This document shows, piece after piece, positions 59,283 through 64,000 of a DNA stretch of 64,000 bases (the first letter of the stretch is position 1; every line of letters starts with the position of its first letter). Source of the DNA: Tubulanus polymorphus (Eukaryota > Animalia > Nemertea). Both the position numbers and the translations under genes were made by a program. The stretch is taken from NCBI RefSeq assembly GCF_964204645.1, contig NC_134031.1, positions 20,343,910 through 20,407,909 of the forward strand. Direction: 5' to 3'. The notes beneath the pieces are model-generated. The model was not told the DNA's origin, ran no database searches, and saw only the letters and a list, made by a program, of their open reading frames with translations.

Positions 59283-60670
59283 TAGAAAAATCAAATGATC
59301 AAGACTCATTGTTATGGAGAGAGCACTGTTTATTCATATTATATATTTTTCTAATGAAAGATTCGCTTCACGAGGAATTCAATATTGGAGCCAGTTTACA
59401 ATTGGATGCGGCACATTTTTTTTTCAAGATTTTAATCTGATAAATCCCAACGAAGAGCAGCTCATTTAATGTTGAATAGCACTATTATTGTTTTTAAACG
59501 AATCATGAGATTAAAGGATAATAACCGTTATGTATGTGCAATATTCAAATAAAAACCTTGTGTAAATTATCAACTTCTTGTTTGTCAATTTTTACGCCGA
59601 TATAAACATAGATATCGCACTATTCTCAACCAGGAGTCTGTTCAGCTTAACCAGTGGATTATTGAGCTGGTCAACCATTAAAGCTGTGTTGTTATCATGG
59701 GCTTTGATATGATGGTTAACTGGAACCAAATTTTGAGTTACTGGTACTGATCCCTGATGTCTAGTCATGTATCTTAAAAACTCTTGGGTTATTTCATAAA
59801 ACATCTTTTGTGTAACGTAGTGAGCAACGTCCCTCGCCTTTATTACAGCTTTCAAGTTAAACATTACTTGATGGCTTAGTATAATGAGGGCTGGTAAGAC
59901 TGTTTCAAGTAATCCTCCTGAGTCCAAAACACCGAAAAAAGTTGAAAGACAAAGAGAATTGAAGCATCGAAATATTTTTATTCAATCAAAAAAACTTGTT
60001 ATAAATATATATTTAAATCTATTATAAACCTGGCAACTAAGTGAAAACTCAGTTTTGAGCAGTTACATTTATAAAGTATATTGGTACATATACTAAGTTC
60101 ACATCAACAACAAAACTAATTGCATTGCATCGTACTAAGTATCGATTCAGTGTCTTCCAAACAATAAAACATATTTTTCTTCATAAGTTCTATACATATT
60201 ACATAAGTGCTAAGGTGGTACATAGGGGAGTTGATTTTGAAAAATTCATGACTTGAAAAAGGTTTATCTAAAAAGTCGTGCGATTATTAAAATCATTTAA
60301 TTGTTACAACTACTTTTCACTAGTTGAAAGTATAAATCCCACCAGACAGAAATTAAAAAGTTCAATATGATATTATCGACGACAAGTTGCACACATACAT
60401 TTCATGTAAAAGGCAACTAATATTTCATTCAAGATCGATCTTTATTACAGTAAACCCTGCTGAATTCAGGTCATTTGGAATCGATGTAATTATTGGAAAT
60501 ATTTTATATACAGCTGGACTGTAAATGATACCCGGATTAGATCAGATTTCAGATTACTGGTCTAACGATTCGGATTAAGCAGATTTAACAGTATGACATT
60601 GATAACTCATCTTTAAACTTTTGAACACTAACAAAAGATTGTTCCTCCTATTTGAATATACACCTCTCTG

Positions 60671-60772
60671 CAAAGCTCTCACAATTGCCCCATTGACTGG
60701 CAGGTACAAAGCTCTCATAAGTGCCCCATTGACTGGCAAGTACAAAGCTCTCATAAGTGCCCCATTGACTGC
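60671..60772. repeat. 36-bp tandem repeat (~3 copies)
   Basis: caaagctctcataagtgccccattgactggcaagta. Confidence 0.9.
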
Positions 60773-61079
60773 GAAGTTAAACTGGCATGTTAGCATATAA
60801 CATATACATGAAATAGATTTTATGGAAACCATCGTAAAAGGACATTATAGGAATGTCTATAATTAGATTCAAATACACATGCGGGTAGACATGTGAATAA
60901 CTAAGATTATGGACTAGATTCTTCCCTAAATGCCCAAAATAAAGCTGTTTTCAAATTTCAAGTGAATTATTCTACGAAATGCGGTTTTAATGCTCGGATA
61001 TGATACTGAATAATTTTATGTAGATTCATTACACATCTATAGGTTGTGGCAGCCGTCTTATACACAACACTTTCTTCAT

Positions 61080-61226
61080 AGGGGCCATTCATTAAGTATG
61101 TACACATCCATGGGGGAGATGGGTCACTCCCAATGTAAATAATGCCTATGATTGCATAAGGATTTGAAGATTTGCAACATTTTGGGCACATACCATTACG
61201 TTACACATACTATATGAATGGCCTTA
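61080..61226. mobile_element. Harbinger-like MITE
   Basis: ggccattcattaagtatgt ... acatactatatgaatggcc terminal inverted repeats. Confidence 0.6.
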
Positions 61227-62037
61227 ACAGCACCTTATGGTGTTAACTCAAAACAGCCCCGCAAAATCACCTTGTTCGGACAAAATAAAAAGAAATAACG
61301 TTTAAGATACCTAGCATATAAAATTGCCAAGTGTCTACATTAGAAATGCCACACCTCGGATATAACAGACAGAATCAGATGATCCCAAGATATCTGAGGA
61401 TACTGCTGTATACCTATGAGCCTTTATTGACTGAATTACATCGGCCTAAAAAATACACATTATATGATTATTTGTCATGTTTTAAACACTTATTTACATC
61501 AGAGAACTGTAAACCTCATTCAGACCAGACTACTCGATATCTCTTAAATTTAATTAAAAATGAACTCGAAATGATTCTAATTTTGTGAATACATTGTTAA
61601 TTTTGGGAGTATTAGACGCCTGAAAGAGTAGAAACTACTCTCAAATAGTGCTGGAAGTCGGAGTCAGTTCTGCTTATTTCACAGCAATTTCAAGCATCTT
61701 TATGAAGATCAATCTCAGTTTATTCAAATCCACAAGATGACAGTGGTTTTACATAATGTTAACAAGTTAAGGAGATTGTTCGTAGTATCGAATCAGCACT
61801 TGTTCCACTTTAGACCAGAGCCTGAGAATTTCTGAATCGGTGAAAGTGCAAAATTAATTCCTATCCCCTTGAACTTGAACTTGCAAGAAACAAGAAATAT
61901 TGCAAGTAACCAGTTGGTAAATTTTCTGCGATTATGAAAAACATTTTTTATTTTTCATCAGATTCATTCTGCATCTCATCATTGACTGCATCATCATCGC
62001 CGCCGTTCAAATCATCTTCGATGCAAAAACACAATTT

Positions 62038-63897
62038 TCAGCTGCTGATATTTCCGCTAACGTGACGTCGGAAAAGAGCGTCGTCGTAATCGTCGTAAGT
62101 GTATTCTCCTTCCTGTGATTAATACAAATGATATGATATTATTCATTTTCGGTAGAGGAATTTTCAGGGAAGGAATTCGTCAACGCTGAAAGGGTTGTAT
62201 TCGCGTACATGGGGGTTAAAAATCAGCCAAATTGTATGGGGTGAAATTTTTATCTAAATAATGTTTTGACAGTCACCTTTATGGCTAAACTCCAGGGGCC
62301 AGTTGTACAGTTATGGTTTAAGTCAAAAAATTGATCTTAAAAATCTTAAGACTGGTCTAAAGTTGTTAGATTGGCTGTAGAACTAAGATAGCCTTAGACT
62401 AGTCTTAAGTCTAAGCTGTGAATGTGCAACTGGCCCCAGAATCACATATTCAAACCCACAACAGTGGAACTGATTCCCGGATGTAAACATCGAAATATTT
62501 CTAAACTTACCTCTTCAATAATGTTATCATCATCACTAGATCGTTCTTCACCTTCAGACATCGGTCGATGAACATCCGGATAATCATCACCGCCGTGATC
62601 AATCTCCATTTCCGGTTCTGATTGAACCTCTTCATCGCCGTCGTATTCATCTTCTTCTATACAACAACAAACAACACTTTTTAGATTCAGAGAAAAAACC
62701 TTTCAACTACACGACAAAACCCTGCAGCACCCCCACATCTAAAACCCTGCAGCACCCCCACATCTATAACCCTGCAGCACCCCCACATCTAAAACTCTGC
62801 AGCACCCCCACATCTAAAACCCTGCAGCACCCCCACATCTAAAACCCTGCAGCACCCCCACATCTAAAACCCTGCAGCACCCCCACATCTAAAACTCTGC
62901 AGCACCCCCACATCTAAAACCCTGCAGCAACCCCACATCTAAAACCCTGCAGCAACCCCACATCTAAAACCCTGCAGCACCCCCACATCTAAAACTCTGC
63001 AGCACCCCCACATCTAAAACCCTGCAGCACCCCCACATCTAAAACCCTGCAGCACCCCCACATCTAAAACCCTGCAGCACCCCCACATCTAAAACCCTGC
63101 AGCACCCCCACATCTAAAACCCTGCAGCACCCCCACATCTAAAACCCTGCAGCACCCCCACATCTAAAACCCTGCAGCACCCCCACATCTAAAACCCTGC
63201 AGCACCCCCACATCTAAAACCCTGCAGCAACCCCACATCTAAAACCCTGCAGCACCCCCACATCTAAAACCCTGCAGCACCCCCACATCTAAAACCTTGC
63301 AGCACCCCCACATCTAAATAAATCAGTCAGGGACCTCATAGTTATTTTCAGCTAGTTTCTTTTCCAGCCACAGCTAGCATAGAGAATAATGATAGCAATA
63401 CAAAATAGCTTACTAAGTACATAGAACTTTTTAAAAATTTAAAAAAAATTGCTCAGTGTTTATTAATAGTGTTCTTTCAAACAATGTGGTTTAAAAAGAC
63501 GGGCAATGAATGATGGCATGTGCTCTTTAACCAAAAATTGATAAAAAATGTTTTTATAGTAATTTTATGGTATCGATAACAAGTCTTTTGATCTTCAGGA
63601 CTGTGGGGCTTATGCATGCATGTATTGCATTTTGGTTAATAATATCTACATTCATCGTTCAAGTTCTACATGGCAATAATTACCGTTATCAGAAGCAATG
63701 TAGAATTTCGGCCGATCGATTCTTGAGACGAGTTCAGCTAGATCAGTGAATCCAGTATCCGCTGTCATCAGGTGTGTTTTCGGCGACGCTGTTTTCTTGA
63801 TGCTGTCGGCAACTTTCTTCTCCTTGAACAGTTGTTTAATCATGTCGCTCTTGGCCCACGCGGAAAACAGTGTTTTTCCGTGGTTAAAACCAACATC
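62038..63897 (-). CDS. sws: Neuropathy target esterase / swiss cheese (PNPLA6/7 family), last three coding exons; gene continues beyond the right edge
   Basis: Exons 63897-63684, 62656-62511 and 62112-62038 (TGA) are phase-consistent. DVGFNHGKTLFSAW and DTGFTDLAELVSRIDRP match the NTE C-terminal DVGYQYGK..FxxW and SGFTDLAEIVSRIEP motifs, followed by an acidic tail. Candidate minus-strand polyA signal ~59977-59982. Confidence 0.88.
62294..62438. mobile_element. PIF/Harbinger-like MITE (same family as 33775-33911)
   Basis: GGGGCCAGTTGTACA...TGTGCAACTGGCCCC TIRs. Internal sequence is reverse-complementary to the 33.8 kb copy. Confidence 0.7.
62716..63318. repeat. 25-bp minisatellite (~24 copies) in an sws intron
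   Basis: Unit aaaaccctgcagcacccccacatct, highly homogeneous. Confidence 0.97.
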
Positions 63898-64000
63898 CTG
63901 AAAATGATAAAAATTTATTTTGGAATCTTTTGAAATTATCAGGTCAATGATCAATGATTAGTTCAATGATGCTTGCGCGACATCCTGGCAAGCCTTCTTC

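Noticed and set aside
59592-59927. 111 aa minus ORF, or an alternative terminal exon (EDYLKQSYQPSLY*) for sws
   Set aside because: It overlaps a MITE-like segment, and the T-rich tract is explained by the downstream element of the polyA site. No homology recognised.

Overview
AT-rich animal (invertebrate-like, intron-rich) genomic DNA, not prokaryotic. Five protein-coding loci can be supported. (1) The 5' 11 coding exons of mitochondrial aspartyl-tRNA synthetase (DARS2, minus, 38931-34214). I could not find its 3' exons anywhere in 1-34213, so the left half of the window is probably one very large DARS2 intron. (2) A TIR-less Toll-like LRR single-pass membrane protein with one coding exon (plus, ~28602-30926), which would then be nested antisense in that intron. 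(3) NAD kinase (NADK, plus, 11 coding exons, 49673-56705). (4) An intronless rhodopsin-family GPCR (minus, 50756-51676) nested antisense in NADK intron 1. (5) The last three coding exons of a neuropathy-target-esterase/swiss-cheese (PNPLA6/7) gene (minus, 63897-62038). The rest is minisatellites, MITEs, a tRNA-derived SINE, LINE relics and Penelope-type hammerhead relics. The most unusual part is the ~8.4 kb non-coding block between DARS2 and NADK (39.45-47.9 kb). It holds a ~240 bp RTE-LINE-derived inverted repeat whose mismatches are strongly biased to G-U wobble pairs on the minus strand. Around it are minus-strand non-coding exons with duplicated splice sites, a 34-bp array, a 1.35 kb duplication and TE relics. 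This fits a spliced hairpin-RNA/small-RNA precursor locus (inference). All alignments and counts were done by eye.
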